From Candidatus Latescibacterota bacterium (GTDB lineage: Bacteria > Latescibacterota > UBA2968 > GCA-2709665), in the NCBI GenBank assembly GCA_965226795.1, contig CBDDDZ010000005.1, positions 3,008,001 through 3,072,000 of the forward strand: a stretch of 64,000 nucleotides of DNA, in the 5' to 3' direction. A program made the position numbers and the translations under genes. Under the pieces are notes generated by a model. It had not been told where the DNA came from and did not search any database. It worked only from the letters and a program-made list of their open reading frames with translations. Shown here in pieces: positions 40,657 through 50,719 of the stretch (position 1 is its first letter; each line of letters starts with the position of its first letter).

Positions 40657-41293
40657 AGATTAACACTCCATTTTCGATAGCTACGTTTTGTTGAAACGTC
40701 GGCTTGTATTTACCGAACTTCGGTTCGGAGAAGACAGAGTGTAGCATACTTGGAAGGAACGTGTTGATTTTTTGACAGACTTCAGTCTCGTCACGAAATG
40801 GGCCTACGTAGCTTGGCGTAAATTCCTTCCAACCGAGGCAAGGAACGGAATGCCACTGACCGCGTGTCAACCGACGTTCGAACATATCTCGAAATGCGTG
40901 TGCTCCGTTTCCAGAAAGAGTCGGAGATCGCTTAGCACGCTCCGATAGTTGGCGCATCCCAGAATCCACGGTTTCCACGTTTGCGTACAGTCGATAGCTA
41001 ACATTGATCAACACCGTTGCCAGTAGTTGGTAGCTGCTTCCCTTCTTCATTATCTTGCTCTTACGCAAAGGTCCTCCATAGTTTGTCGAATACGTGTGAA
41101 AGACAAGTGGTGCGCATATTTCGATTTTTACGGGTTTAACGTTTGCTGACTTGAGCCAGCAAATAGATTCGAACATCCCCTTGGCCGCTGAGAACGTCGG
41201 CACTGGATAGCTAACTGGTGCATCACCAGTATCGGGACGTGTCCACATGGCTGTTGGGCCGGCAATTTCAAATTGGACTGTATAAGATTTCAT
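40646..41293 (-). CDS. cas5: Cas5 (Cas5d-like)
   Basis: GPTAMWTRPD, SYPVPTFSAAKGMFESICW, PCLGWKEF; GGAG RBS. Confidence 0.9.
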   Translation of the reverse strand: MKSYTVQFEIAGPTAMWTRPDTGDAPVSYPVPTFSAAKGMFESICWLKSANVKPVKIEICAPLVFHTYSTNYGGPLRKSKIMKKGSSYQLLATVLINVSYRLYANVETVDSGMRQLSERAKRSPTLSGNGAHAFRDMFERRLTRGQWHSVPCLGWKEFTPSYVGPFRDETEVCQKINTFLPSMLHSVFSEPKFGKYKPTFQQNVAIENGVLIYAE

Positions 41294-41316
41294 GCTTTTC
41301 TCCAGAGTTATTGCCA

Positions 41317-41680
41317 TCACTTTAACAGAACCTCCGTCAGCCGCTTTGGTTCCTTTTTGCGCGGGTCGACATCGAATCCGCCGGATTCCAGTGCCGTGAC
41401 GCCGAGCGAAGGCTCCGCGCCTTCATCCCCAAACACGGTGGTACCGCCGACAACTTCCCCCTCGAACTCAATTTCGGCGCGGGTAATGTCCAACGCGATG
41501 GATTCACCGTCCGCAAGCATGTACTCACGGCTCCACCGCGGCTTGAGTCCGATCGACTCGAGTTGCACCCGCGGCACGAGCGAATCGAACGATCCGGAAT
41601 CGACGAGGAATTCGCCGGTCCAACTGCGTTCCGGATCCGCAGGGGTTGCGTATGGTTACGTCAACGTACGTCGCACCCAT
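41317..41680 (-). pseudogene. Clan AA (retroviral-type) aspartic protease; +1 frameshift in a C-run near 41643
   Basis: MGATYVDVTIRN/PADPERSWTGEFLVDSGSFDS...LADG...LGVTALES. Confidence 0.75.
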
Positions 41681-42180
41681 TGGCAGTTCTTCTTGTGAAT
41701 TGGTTACACCATTATTTCCTACAAATCATAGTCAATTAACGGGCCCATTGCAAGACGTTGACGAACGAGCGGCCGACTTTCCCGGCCCTCATCCAGGCGC
41801 CAGTGCGAGTTTGGGCCGACTGCCCGTGTCGTTTGAAGCGACATCCACACAGAGCGAGTTGGACCTGTCTTTGACCAGGCCCGCGCTTCAAGGTGTCGCA
41901 AAATGCAACATCGGCGCGAGAAGAGCAACGTGCAGCGTAAAGCAGGCAGTAAAAGCCAATCGGTTGACGTCTGCGCCGTGACGTGGAAGGATCAGAACGA
42001 ACGCGTCGAGGGCAGGATGCCCTCGCTCCCAGGTATCGCAGATCAGCATGCAGCGCACGGCAGACAGCCAGCAGCCATTCAGGCGACCTTGGTGGCGGGA
42101 AATGACGGGTAACATGCCCTCGCTCCCATCCGTCGAAAAATGCGACAACGGTACAAGAACAGCCGCGGGCATCGTCCATT

Positions 42181-43158
42181 TCACGTCCCGGTGCAACTCC
42201 TCCCATACATCTCGCCTGCCGCGATCATGTCCGCCGCGATCTCACGCCTCAGTTCCTCTGGCGCCAGCACCTCGCACTCCGGTCCCCAGCCTCGAATCCA
42301 CGGTTTCATCTCCAGCGTGTGCTTCACCCTGAGCCGCATACGGCAGCCGCCGTCCGGCTCGTCCGTCACGTCAACCACGCCCGGCCAGTCCGATTCCCTC
42401 ACGCGGTACGCCACACGGGCTGAAAACCGCAGTGCCACGTCCACAACCTCGTCCCCACCCATAATGCCCCACGAGTGCTGCAGGAAATCGTACGGATCAA
42501 ATCCTTCTCTCGTATCGTACACCGTTTCCAACAGCGTCGCCCGCTCGATGCGCTCCACCTTGAACTCTCGAATATCCCGCCGCAAGTGGTCGTATCCGAT
42601 AACATAGCATGCATATCCGACGGGTGACGGCTCGATGAAGTAGGGGTCAATGGTGCGCTCGGTGGTTTCGCCGGTCTGCGGATTGTGATAGATCAGACGC
42701 ACCTGCCTGCGTTCGGACCAGGCGCGAGTGAGCGTTTCCAGTATGCGGATATGATCGGGATCGGGCCTGCGTTTGTCGGCAACCGCCGCGGTTCGACCGA
42801 TGTGTTCGCCAATGGACTCCGGCATTGCGCTGGCGAGTTTCTCGAGGGCAGACACAACGTGCGGATTGTGTTCGTCGCTGTGCGCCGAAAGCAGGCGGGC
42901 AGCCAGGTAGAGCGCGAGCGCCTCGTGCAGATTCACCCGGACGGTGGTCAGATACTTGTCCTTCAGCACGCCGAACCGCCCGTCATCCTCCCAGACCGGC
43001 GATCCCGCCTTGGACAGCGACCGCAGGTCCCGGTACACGGTACTCCGATGCACGCCGAATCGCGCGGCGATGTCGGTCGCTCTCCTTCCACCCGAGGATC
43101 GATAGAGAAAGGTTTCAATCGCCTTGAGCCGCGCAGCGCGGCTCATCGTTCGTTCCAT
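42181..43158 (-). CDS. HTH-WYL-WCX transcriptional regulator
   Basis: IAARFGVHRSTVYRDL HTH, ERTIDPY, YVIGYDHLRRDIREFKVERI, WIRGWGPECEVLAPEELR; GGAGG RBS. Confidence 0.93.
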   Translation of the reverse strand: MERTMSRAARLKAIETFLYRSSGGRRATDIAARFGVHRSTVYRDLRSLSKAGSPVWEDDGRFGVLKDKYLTTVRVNLHEALALYLAARLLSAHSDEHNPHVVSALEKLASAMPESIGEHIGRTAAVADKRRPDPDHIRILETLTRAWSERRQVRLIYHNPQTGETTERTIDPYFIEPSPVGYACYVIGYDHLRRDIREFKVERIERATLLETVYDTREGFDPYDFLQHSWGIMGGDEVVDVALRFSARVAYRVRESDWPGVVDVTDEPDGGCRMRLRVKHTLEMKPWIRGWGPECEVLAPEELRREIAADMIAAGEMYGRSCTGT

Positions 43159-43194
43159 CACGAATCCTCCGCGTGGCGAGAATATACATTCAGA

Positions 43195-43215
43195 TTGTCG
43201 CAACTAGTGCGACAA
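43195..43215. promoter_or_regulatory. Inverted-repeat operator upstream of the WYL gene
   Basis: TTGTCGCA-actag-TGCGACAA; related sites at 41894-41910 and 42131-42148. Confidence 0.7.
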
Positions 43216-43617
43216 CATTGACAAAAAAAGCTATCAGCCGTCAGCGTACAGTTGTCAGCCAGAAGCAAAAACCAAGACGCCAATGCATTGATGTCAGCAC
43301 CGTGACGTGGCAGGATCAGAGACGGCGCGTCGAGGGGCAGGACCTGCCTGCCGAGCAGAACTCGGCGCAGGCAGGTGCCCTCGATCCCAGAAGTCACGAG
43401 CAGCGTACAGCCAGAAGCAAGAAGCCAATCAGACCGCCCAACCAAGCCCCAGCCACCGGCAAGAGGCAAGAGGGGATAAGTAAGAGGGCTACCGGACACA
43501 GCAAACCTGGCGCTAGCGTTGTAAATGTAGGGGCGACCGGCCGGTCGCCCTTGATCCAATCAAGAGCAGTCGGGGTACGGTAGACGGCCTTGGCAGCGAA
43601 AAATTTCGGTTGTAAAA

Positions 43618-43637
43618 TTGTACGTTATAACGTACAA
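43618..43637. promoter_or_regulatory. Perfect 20-bp palindrome, likely TA operator
   Basis: TTGTACGTTATAACGTACAA just upstream of the toxin gene. Confidence 0.65.
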
Positions 43638-43647
43638 TGCAGCTCTG

Positions 43648-43944
43648 ATGGTATTCACCGTTGAAATCTACGTCGCTCAAAACGGCAGACAGCCGTTCGC
43701 TGAATGGTTCGGCGCTCTCCGCGATATCCGGACACAGGCTCGCATAGAAGCCCGTCTCCGCCGATTGAGCCTGGGTCTTTTGGGCGACCACCGGCCCGTC
43801 GGTGGCGGTGTCATAGAGATTCGCCTGGACTTCGGACCGGGTTTTCGAATCTATTTCACGCGTGTCGCTGCAGACGTCTTACTCCTGCTCTGTGGCGGAG
43901 ACAAGAGCACGCAGCAGAGAGATATCCAGCGGGCAATATCGTAA
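43648..43944 (+). CDS. RelE/ParE-family addiction-module killer protein
   Basis: PFAEWF, RLRRLSLGLLGDHRPVGGGVIEIRLDFGPGFRIYF, LLCGGDKSTQQRDI. Confidence 0.9.
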   Translation: MVFTVEIYVAQNGRQPFAEWFGALRDIRTQARIEARLRRLSLGLLGDHRPVGGGVIEIRLDFGPGFRIYFTRVAADVLLLLCGGDKSTQQRDIQRAIS

Positions 43945-43970
43945 CTGACTGACTACAAGGAGCGCTCCCG

Positions 43971-44282
43971 ATGGAACCTTCCGTCCCGTTTAAAAAACAC
44001 CATTTTGAATTCCTCAGTGATCCGGAACGCGCTCGCGCCTACCTCGAGGTGGCGCTCGAGGAATACGCCAGGGATCACGACAGGTCGGCCCTTCTGCTTG
44101 CGCTCAAGGACGTAGCGGCGGCAAAGGGCGGGCTGGGAAAATTGGCACGGCAGGCGAACCTGAACCGAGCCCATGTATACAAGACGCTTTCCGAAAAGGG
44201 CAATCCTCGTCTGGACACGATGGAGAGAATACTGAACAGCCTCGGGTTCAGGCTATCGATCGAACCGCTGGCAAAGGAGTAA
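43971..44282 (+). CDS. Addiction-module antidote protein (HTH)
   Basis: AYLEVALEE, ALKDVAAAKGG, LNRAHVYKTLSEKGNPRL. Confidence 0.9.
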   Translation: MEPSVPFKKHHFEFLSDPERARAYLEVALEEYARDHDRSALLLALKDVAAAKGGLGKLARQANLNRAHVYKTLSEKGNPRLDTMERILNSLGFRLSIEPLAKE

Positions 44283-44343
44283 TGAGGAGCGTACAGCTAT
44301 CAGTGGTCAGCGGTCAGTTTAAAACAAGAAAAACAACCGTTCG

Positions 44344-44822
44344 ACGTCTCCGGCGTGGCGTGGAAGTGTCGGAAACCGCACGGTGCGGGCGGGACGCCCG
44401 CGCTCCCAGGTGAGCACGTTCAGCAATCGGTTCACAGCAGTCAGCCAGAAGCCAACCAGGCGACGTCACCGCCGTGGCGTGGAAGTGTCGGAAACCGCGC
44501 GGTGCGGGCGGGACGCCCGCGCTCCCAAGTGAGCAAAACAGCGTACAGCAATCAGTTCACATCGGTCAGCCAGAAGCCAACCAGGCGACGTCACCGCCGT
44601 GACGTGGAAGTGTCGGAAACCGCACGGTGCGGGCGGGACGCCCGCGCTCCCAGGTGAGCAAAACAGCGTTCAGCAATCGGTTCACAGCAGTCAGCCAGAA
44701 GCCAACCAGGCGACGTCACCGCCGTGACGTGGAAGTGTCGGAAACCGCGCGGTGCGGGCGGGACGCCCGCGCTCCCAGGTGAGCAAAACAGCGTTCAGCA
44801 ATCAGTTCACAGCGGTCAGCCA
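44344..44822. repeat. Four tandem units of about 120-126 bp carrying a REP-like palindrome
   Basis: Units start GACGTC near 44344, 44463, 44587 and 44713; each contains GCGGGCGGGACGCCCGC. Confidence 0.88.
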
Positions 44823-44978
44823 ATTTCTTGGGCGTACAAGAAAAAGGACGAAGAAAAAAGAAAATGAGAAAAAGAAGAATAGAGAAACGGAACGGTGATC
44901 CACAGACAAAAAAACCCAACCGGACACCGGTCACTTGCCGTTTCACCTTTGTTCTGACGCCGGACGGCGCAATGCGCG

Positions 44979-45296
44979 TCAGTCGATCAATACCGCCGTG
45001 CCGCTGACCGAGACCATCAGCATGCTGCCCTTTCCGACGACTTCGTAGTCCAGGTCGATGCCCACGACGGCGTTGGCGCCCGCCAGACGTGCAGCTTCCT
45101 CCATTTCCCCAAACGCGATCTCGCGGGCTCGTTTCAGTTCCTTTTCATAAGCGGCCGAACGCCCGCCCACGATGTCCCGGATTCCTGCGAAAAAGTCCTT
45201 GAAAATGTTCGCGCCGAGAATCGCCTCCCCGGTGACGATGCCCCTGTAGTCACGGATGGTTTTGCCTTCAATACCGGGTGTGGTGGTCATTATCAT
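44979..45296 (-). CDS. YbjQ/UPF0145 family protein
   Basis: [42 protein letters not shown]. Confidence 0.9.
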   Translation of the reverse strand: MIMTTTPGIEGKTIRDYRGIVTGEAILGANIFKDFFAGIRDIVGGRSAAYEKELKRAREIAFGEMEEAARLAGANAVVGIDLDYEVVGKGSMLMVSVSGTAVLID

Positions 45297-45370
45297 GGGT
45301 GTGCCTCCTCAGATGGGTTGGACGTTTGAGGCTTCCGCCGGTGCACGGCGCCGGTCTGCCCTTGTGCAGC

Positions 45371-46234
45371 CTATTTGTAGCTGTCGTAGACGATCGCGAG
45401 CCAGCGGTCGGTGCTCATCCAGCCCTGGCCCCAGGATTGCCACTTCTCCGGCACCCCTGCGGCCTGGACTTCCTCAAGCGTCTTGCCGCCCCCGATGGCC
45501 TCCTTGACGAGGTTCACGCACGTTTCCAGCATCTCCAGCGCCGCACGCAGGTCGGCCGGCTCGGCGAGCGGTCCGTGACCGGGGATTATACGCGCATCCG
45601 GAGGGATTTGTTTCAGGAGGGACCGGACGGCCTCGATATAGCCCTGAACGTCTCCACCGCCGCGGAGGTCGACGTACGGAAATCTGCCGTTGAAAAAGAG
45701 GTCCCCGGTGTGGACGACGTTGGAGTCGGTAAAAAACACGGCACCGTCGCCGTCGGTGTGGGCATTCGGAAAGTGTACGACGCGCAATTCCTCGCCGTTG
45801 AAGTGAATCGACAGCCCTTCGTCGAAGGTGATTTCCGGGAGGGCGGCTGAAGGCAGGGGTTTGTCGTCGACACGCCTGGCCACAAGGCGGTTTCGGACGT
45901 TCCGGTGCGCGACAATGACGCCTTTCCCGCCGAAATGTGCATTTCCGCCCGTGTGATCGCCGTGAAAGTGTGTGTTGAGAATAAAGGTCGGATCGCCGCC
46001 GCCCAGTTCGCCGATGGCGGCCCGGATCTTCCCGGCCAGCGGCGCGAACTGATCGTCGACAATCAGGACGCCATCCGCACCCACGGACACGCCGATGTTG
46101 CCGCCGCTCCCCTCAAGCATGTAGACGCGATCCGTGAGTCTGGTGGCTTTAATCTCAACCGCGGAATAGTCCCTCTGTGCGAATGCCGTGCCGGAAAATG
46201 CCAGCAACACGGCCAACGATATCCATCCGGACAT
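45371..46234 (-). CDS. Secreted MBL-fold metallo-hydrolase
   Basis: Signal peptide; NTHFHGDHTGGN, AHTDGD, IIPGHG. Confidence 0.88.
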   Translation of the reverse strand: MSGWISLAVLLAFSGTAFAQRDYSAVEIKATRLTDRVYMLEGSGGNIGVSVGADGVLIVDDQFAPLAGKIRAAIGELGGGDPTFILNTHFHGDHTGGNAHFGGKGVIVAHRNVRNRLVARRVDDKPLPSAALPEITFDEGLSIHFNGEELRVVHFPNAHTDGDGAVFFTDSNVVHTGDLFFNGRFPYVDLRGGGDVQGYIEAVRSLLKQIPPDARIIPGHGPLAEPADLRAALEMLETCVNLVKEAIGGGKTLEEVQAAGVPEKWQSWGQGWMSTDRWLAIVYDSYK

Positions 46235-46474
46235 AGCAAAATCCCTCCAAGTGCGGTAAGAGGCTAGACGGGAGACGGGAGAAAAAGCGATAAGCGGATC
46301 GCTATCAGCGGTAAGCGTACAGCCAGAAGTAAAAAGAAAAACATAAAACCAATCAGGCGACGTCCGCGCCGTGACGTGGCAGGGGCAGCCAGGGCGCGCA
46401 GCAAAGGCGGGGATGTGGTGCCCTCTTACTTCTAACGTCTTGCTTCTCACCGACGTCCGGCCTCTCGCCGAATG

Positions 46475-46505
46475 AAAAAGGCCCCGGAGCCAAACTCCCG
46501 GGCCT
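46475..46505 (-). terminator. Rho-independent terminator candidate
   Basis: AGGCCCGGGAG...CTCCGGGGCCTTTTT on the minus strand. Confidence 0.6.
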
Positions 46506-46576
46506 ATTGAAACCATCTTCGCCAGCGACTCCACACAGGATCCGGATCGCCCGCCCATGGTCTCTCGCGGCTTCGA

Positions 46577-47305
46577 CTATGCCGTTCGTCCGTCGATGGT
46601 CCCCACCTCGATCTTCAAATCATCCCGGTTCACAACGCGGTCAATACGCCCGTCGCGCACCCACACCACCCTATCGGAAACGTTCAGCATCTTATGGTCG
46701 TGGGTTGCCGACACCACGGTTACACCGGACTCCTTGTTCATCTGCCGCAGCAGTTCGATAATTTCCGTACCGGTGCGCAGATCCAGGTTTCCGGTGGGTT
46801 CGTCGGCCAGAATCAGCGCCGGATCGTTTGCGAACGCCCGGGCTACCGCCACGCGCTGCTGCTGTCCGCCCGATAGTTCGAACGGCTTATGCGACACACG
46901 GTCGCCCAATCCAACCTTTCCCAATAGCACCACCCCTTTGTCGCGCGCCTCGTCGCTGGTCAGCCCCGCGAAAACCATGGGCAGCGTCACGTTCTCCAAT
47001 GCCGTCATCACCGGAATCAGATTGAACGTCTGGAAAATATACCCGATTTTCCGGCAACGCAACCATGCCAGTTCATAAGCGTCGAGTTGCGCAACGTCCA
47101 CGTCGTCGATGTACACCTTGCCTTCGCTGGGTTTATCGAGCCCGCCGACCATATTGAACAAGGTGGTTTTTCCCGATCCCGAAGGTCCCATAATTGAGAT
47201 GTACTCGCCCTGTTCAATCTCGATATCCACCCCTTTGAGCGCTTCTACCCGCATGTCGCCCATCTCGTAGACCTTTTTCACACCCTGCGTTCGTACGACG
47301 GCCAT
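46577..47305 (-). CDS. ABC transporter ATP-binding protein (LolD/MacB-like)
   Basis: GPSGSGKTT, LSGGQQQRV, ILADEPTGNLD. Confidence 0.93.
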   Translation of the reverse strand: MAVVRTQGVKKVYEMGDMRVEALKGVDIEIEQGEYISIMGPSGSGKTTLFNMVGGLDKPSEGKVYIDDVDVAQLDAYELAWLRCRKIGYIFQTFNLIPVMTALENVTLPMVFAGLTSDEARDKGVVLLGKVGLGDRVSHKPFELSGGQQQRVAVARAFANDPALILADEPTGNLDLRTGTEIIELLRQMNKESGVTVVSATHDHKMLNVSDRVVWVRDGRIDRVVNRDDLKIEVGTIDGRTA

Positions 47306-47372
47306 CGTCGCCCTCCAGGCAAGTTGATATGCTACAAAGTGGCGTTCACCCCGGGATTGTCTGATCTCAAGT

Positions 47373-48062
47373 CTAGACTTCCAACCGCATTGCGTCGACC
47401 GGCTCCATTTTCGCCGCTCTATAGGCGGGCAAGATACCGCCCATCAGTGAGAGGAAGGAACCCAGCGCAATCGCCCACACCACACGCTCCAGAACGTCGG
47501 GCCACGGTACGTAATCCATGACGGTGTTGCCATAACCGATCCAGGACATCAGAATGGATAGCAGAAGGCCCACAGCCACGCCCATAACCGTGCCGGCCAT
47601 ACCCATAAACGAGGACTCCAGAATAAACAGTTTGATGATAAACCCATCCAGCGCTCCCATGCACTTCATGGTGCCGATCTCGCGGAAGCGCTCGGTGACG
47701 GACATCAGCATCGCGTTTGTGATCCCCACCAGGCACACCAGCAGGGACAGCACAACCAGCCAGGTGTTCTTGGCCTCCTCCTGTCGGTTGGCTTCGCTCT
47801 CCTGACTGATGTCGATTCCTTTTTGCTGGAGAATCAGGTTTATTTTGGGATCGTTGGCGGCCCGCAGGCTGTTGACAATGGAACTGGTTGTCCAGATGGA
47901 CATGAGGAAGGCGATGGCCAGAACAATGCTGCTCACCGTAATCAACGACCGCCCGAACCGGATCTTCACGCTGTTGAAACTGATCTCGACGGCCTTTCTG
48001 ATTGGCAGTTTGACCTGCGTGCCGATTTCCCGGCGGGCAGGCGAAGAATAACTTTGCGCCAT
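47373..48062 (-). CDS. FtsX-like ABC transporter permease
   Basis: GITNAMLMSVTERFREIGTMKCMGA, PAYRAAKMEPVDAMR. Confidence 0.88.
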   Translation of the reverse strand: MAQSYSSPARREIGTQVKLPIRKAVEISFNSVKIRFGRSLITVSSIVLAIAFLMSIWTTSSIVNSLRAANDPKINLILQQKGIDISQESEANRQEEAKNTWLVVLSLLVCLVGITNAMLMSVTERFREIGTMKCMGALDGFIIKLFILESSFMGMAGTVMGVAVGLLLSILMSWIGYGNTVMDYVPWPDVLERVVWAIALGSFLSLMGGILPAYRAAKMEPVDAMRLEV

Positions 48063-48134
48063 AAACTCCTCCCACAACGAACTGAACAACCATCGCGGCG
48101 CGGATCCCGGTTGCCGCCGATGCGGCGCCCGGCT

Positions 48135-49784
48135 TTACCTGACTTCCGCGTCGCGCATCACGGGGACGTGGGTGCGCCCCTGGCGTCTCGAATAGTACGC
48201 CCGATCCGCCAACAGCTTTCTTGCCCGATCGAACAATGCCAGAGTCTGAACGACTTCCGGATCCTGCCTCACGGCGACCCGGCCCGCCTCCCCGTCTCCC
48301 CAACGGAATTTCGCAAAATATCGTTTCATCTGCCGCTCAATCAGATCGATGCCCGATTCGAAATCTCCGTCTGTAAACGTCAGATCGGAATCCCACGCCA
48401 TGAGGAAAGCCTTGAATTCCGATATCTCACGCGTGCCCGGCGTATATTTTTGAAGATAGACCGAAAAATCCGAAAATGCGCGGGTGAACTCCGACCCGCG
48501 ACGGCTGGCGAATTCAAAAAAGTGCCGCGGGGTCAACCGCCGTTCAAAATCGCCTGGGCGCTCCGATTCCAACTCCACGTCGGGTGTGATCCCGCCGCTG
48601 CCGTACACCTTCCGGTGCAATATCTGCGTAAAATAGACCGGCTGTGAGCGCACGCTGTCCGGATCGGCATTGGGATCGTAGCCGTCGTGCGCCTCTTGCA
48701 GGTAGGCCCGCCTGTCGCTGGAATACGGACGCTGGATCGGCCGCTCGCTGGGCGTGAAATAGCGCGCCACCGTGAGCAGAACGGCACCGCCGTTTTTGAG
48801 GGAATACTGCTTTTGAACCAGCCCTTTGCCAAACGTGGTCCGCCCTACGATAAGCCCGCGATCGTAGTCCTGAACAGCGCCCGCCACAATCTCTGAAGCG
48901 CTGGCGCTGTAGTTGTCGACGAGCACCATCAGCGGCATATCGAGGGGCACAACAGGGTCGCGATCCGCGAAATGATTTTCACGGGAATCCCTTCCGCGAC
49001 CCTCGGTATACACCAGGAGGCGGTCTTTTTCGAGGAACTGATCCGCCACGGCCACAGCCTGCTCCAGGTACCCGCCGCTGTTGCCGCGCAAATCAAGAAT
49101 CAGCTTTTTGGCTCCCTGATCGATCAGGGCGTCGAGCGCGACCCGCAACTCTCTGGACGTTCGACTCGCGAACCGGTCGACCTTCACATAACCCACGTCC
49201 GAATTCAGTTTGAACACATACGGCACGCTGGGCACTTCGATTTTGTCTCGGGTAATCTCGAACTTGAGGGGGTCCGTCACCCCGGGCCGGTGAACCAGGA
49301 CGTTCACCGTGCTGCCCTTCGGACCCTTAAGCCGCTTTTTCACGTCATCGGTCTTCCGCACGCCAACCACCGACACCCCATCGATTTTTACAATCCGGTC
49401 GCCGGCCTGAAGGCCGGCCTTATAGGCCGGGGATCCGACAATTGGAGAAAGGACCGTCAGTTGGCCCGCGATTATATCGAAATAAATTCCGATACCCTCA
49501 AACGAGCCCTGCATCCGTTCCTGGGTGTCCTGGAGTTCTTCCGGCGTAATATACGTTGAATGGGGGTCCAGCCGCGAAAGATAGCCTTCAATTGCGCCGT
49601 GATAAAGCTCAACCGGATCGGTCGTTTCATAATACTGGCGCCGTACCAGGTCGGCCAGCTGATCCAGGGTATGCGCCTGCATCGCCGTATTCACACGCGG
49701 CGCGGGGTCCGAGCCTGCCGTCCCTGGACGACCCGCCACCGTTACCACGATCAGGAGGAGAACTACCCGACGTATGACCGCCAT
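48135..49784 (-). CDS. S41-family carboxy-terminal protease (PDZ)
   Basis: LDPHSTY, FEGIGI, LDLRGNSGG, SASASEIVAGA, TFGKGLVQ; start uncertain. Confidence 0.92.
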   Translation of the reverse strand: MAVIRRVVLLLIVVTVAGRPGTAGSDPAPRVNTAMQAHTLDQLADLVRRQYYETTDPVELYHGAIEGYLSRLDPHSTYITPEELQDTQERMQGSFEGIGIYFDIIAGQLTVLSPIVGSPAYKAGLQAGDRIVKIDGVSVVGVRKTDDVKKRLKGPKGSTVNVLVHRPGVTDPLKFEITRDKIEVPSVPYVFKLNSDVGYVKVDRFASRTSRELRVALDALIDQGAKKLILDLRGNSGGYLEQAVAVADQFLEKDRLLVYTEGRGRDSRENHFADRDPVVPLDMPLMVLVDNYSASASEIVAGAVQDYDRGLIVGRTTFGKGLVQKQYSLKNGGAVLLTVARYFTPSERPIQRPYSSDRRAYLQEAHDGYDPNADPDSVRSQPVYFTQILHRKVYGSGGITPDVELESERPGDFERRLTPRHFFEFASRRGSEFTRAFSDFSVYLQKYTPGTREISEFKAFLMAWDSDLTFTDGDFESGIDLIERQMKRYFAKFRWGDGEAGRVAVRQDPEVVQTLALFDRARKLLADRAYYSRRQGRTHVPVMRDAEVR

Positions 49785-49895
49785 ACAAACCCTTCGGAAG
49801 TCTCGGGACATCGTTTCAGATCGCCCAAAAATGCGACTCAACATAAAGACGGCGACCGGAGATGTCAAGGAGAAACCGCATCCGCCGCGGCTCGA

Positions 49896-50621
49896 TCAAC
49901 CCCCGGAACCGGTGGCCCTTTTTTTCGACTTTTGCAGCGTAAACACCAGAAGCTGCTTGGAAAACAGGTAATACTCCTTGAAATTCAGTTTACTGGTGCT
50001 GTACTGCCGGTTGCGGAACACGTATGGCACCTCGACAAATGTGGAATAGGTTCCCTTGACCAGAATCTCCAGCAAAATCTTGTACCCCGGAGACGTCAGT
50101 GTCACACCCTTCAACACGCGCCGATGAAGAAAAAAGTACCCGCTGAGGGGGTCCTGTACCCCAGTCAGCTGCCTCGCGGCGAGCACACCGATCTGGGAGA
50201 TTATCTTTCGATACCAGGGCCACCTCTCCACGCGGCTGTCCGGACTATAACGGCTGCCCAACGCAAGATCGTATTCCCGAAGCCCGAGAATCAACCGGGG
50301 CAGAACCATCGGATCGTGGCTCAGATCCGCGTCGATCACTCCCAGATAGTCGCGGCTCGATTTCTGAAATCCCTCCATCACGGCGCTGCCCAGACCAAGC
50401 TTGCCGGGCCGGTGTACCACCTGAACGGGATATCGGTCTCTGAGTGCCTCAGCTTCCTCGCCGGTGCCATCCGGAGAATCGTCGTCTACCACAATCAATT
50501 CCAGGTCGATTTCCGGGAACTGTCCGACCACCGAAAAAACCTCGTCCGCCAGAAGTGAAATGTTCGGGCGCTCGTTGTAGGTCGGCGTAACCAGAGACAC
50601 GCGCAAAGGGGTTTCACCCAT
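49896..50621 (-). CDS. Polyprenol monophosphomannose synthase-like GT2
   Basis: PTYNERPNI, VVDDDSPDGT, DADLSHDP, GYKILLE. Confidence 0.88.
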   Translation of the reverse strand: MGETPLRVSLVTPTYNERPNISLLADEVFSVVGQFPEIDLELIVVDDDSPDGTGEEAEALRDRYPVQVVHRPGKLGLGSAVMEGFQKSSRDYLGVIDADLSHDPMVLPRLILGLREYDLALGSRYSPDSRVERWPWYRKIISQIGVLAARQLTGVQDPLSGYFFLHRRVLKGVTLTSPGYKILLEILVKGTYSTFVEVPYVFRNRQYSTSKLNFKEYYLFSKQLLVFTLQKSKKRATGSGG

Positions 50622-50719
50622 GCCAATCACCTCAGGAGATGGGACCGGGCAAGTTGACAACGTCGACGTCACCGCAGACGGGAAGTGGAAACAACCGAAT
50701 CCTGTGCGAGAGGTGTCGA

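Noticed and set aside
44344..44822. Possible third CRISPR array
   Set aside because: Whole units are near-identical with no unique spacers
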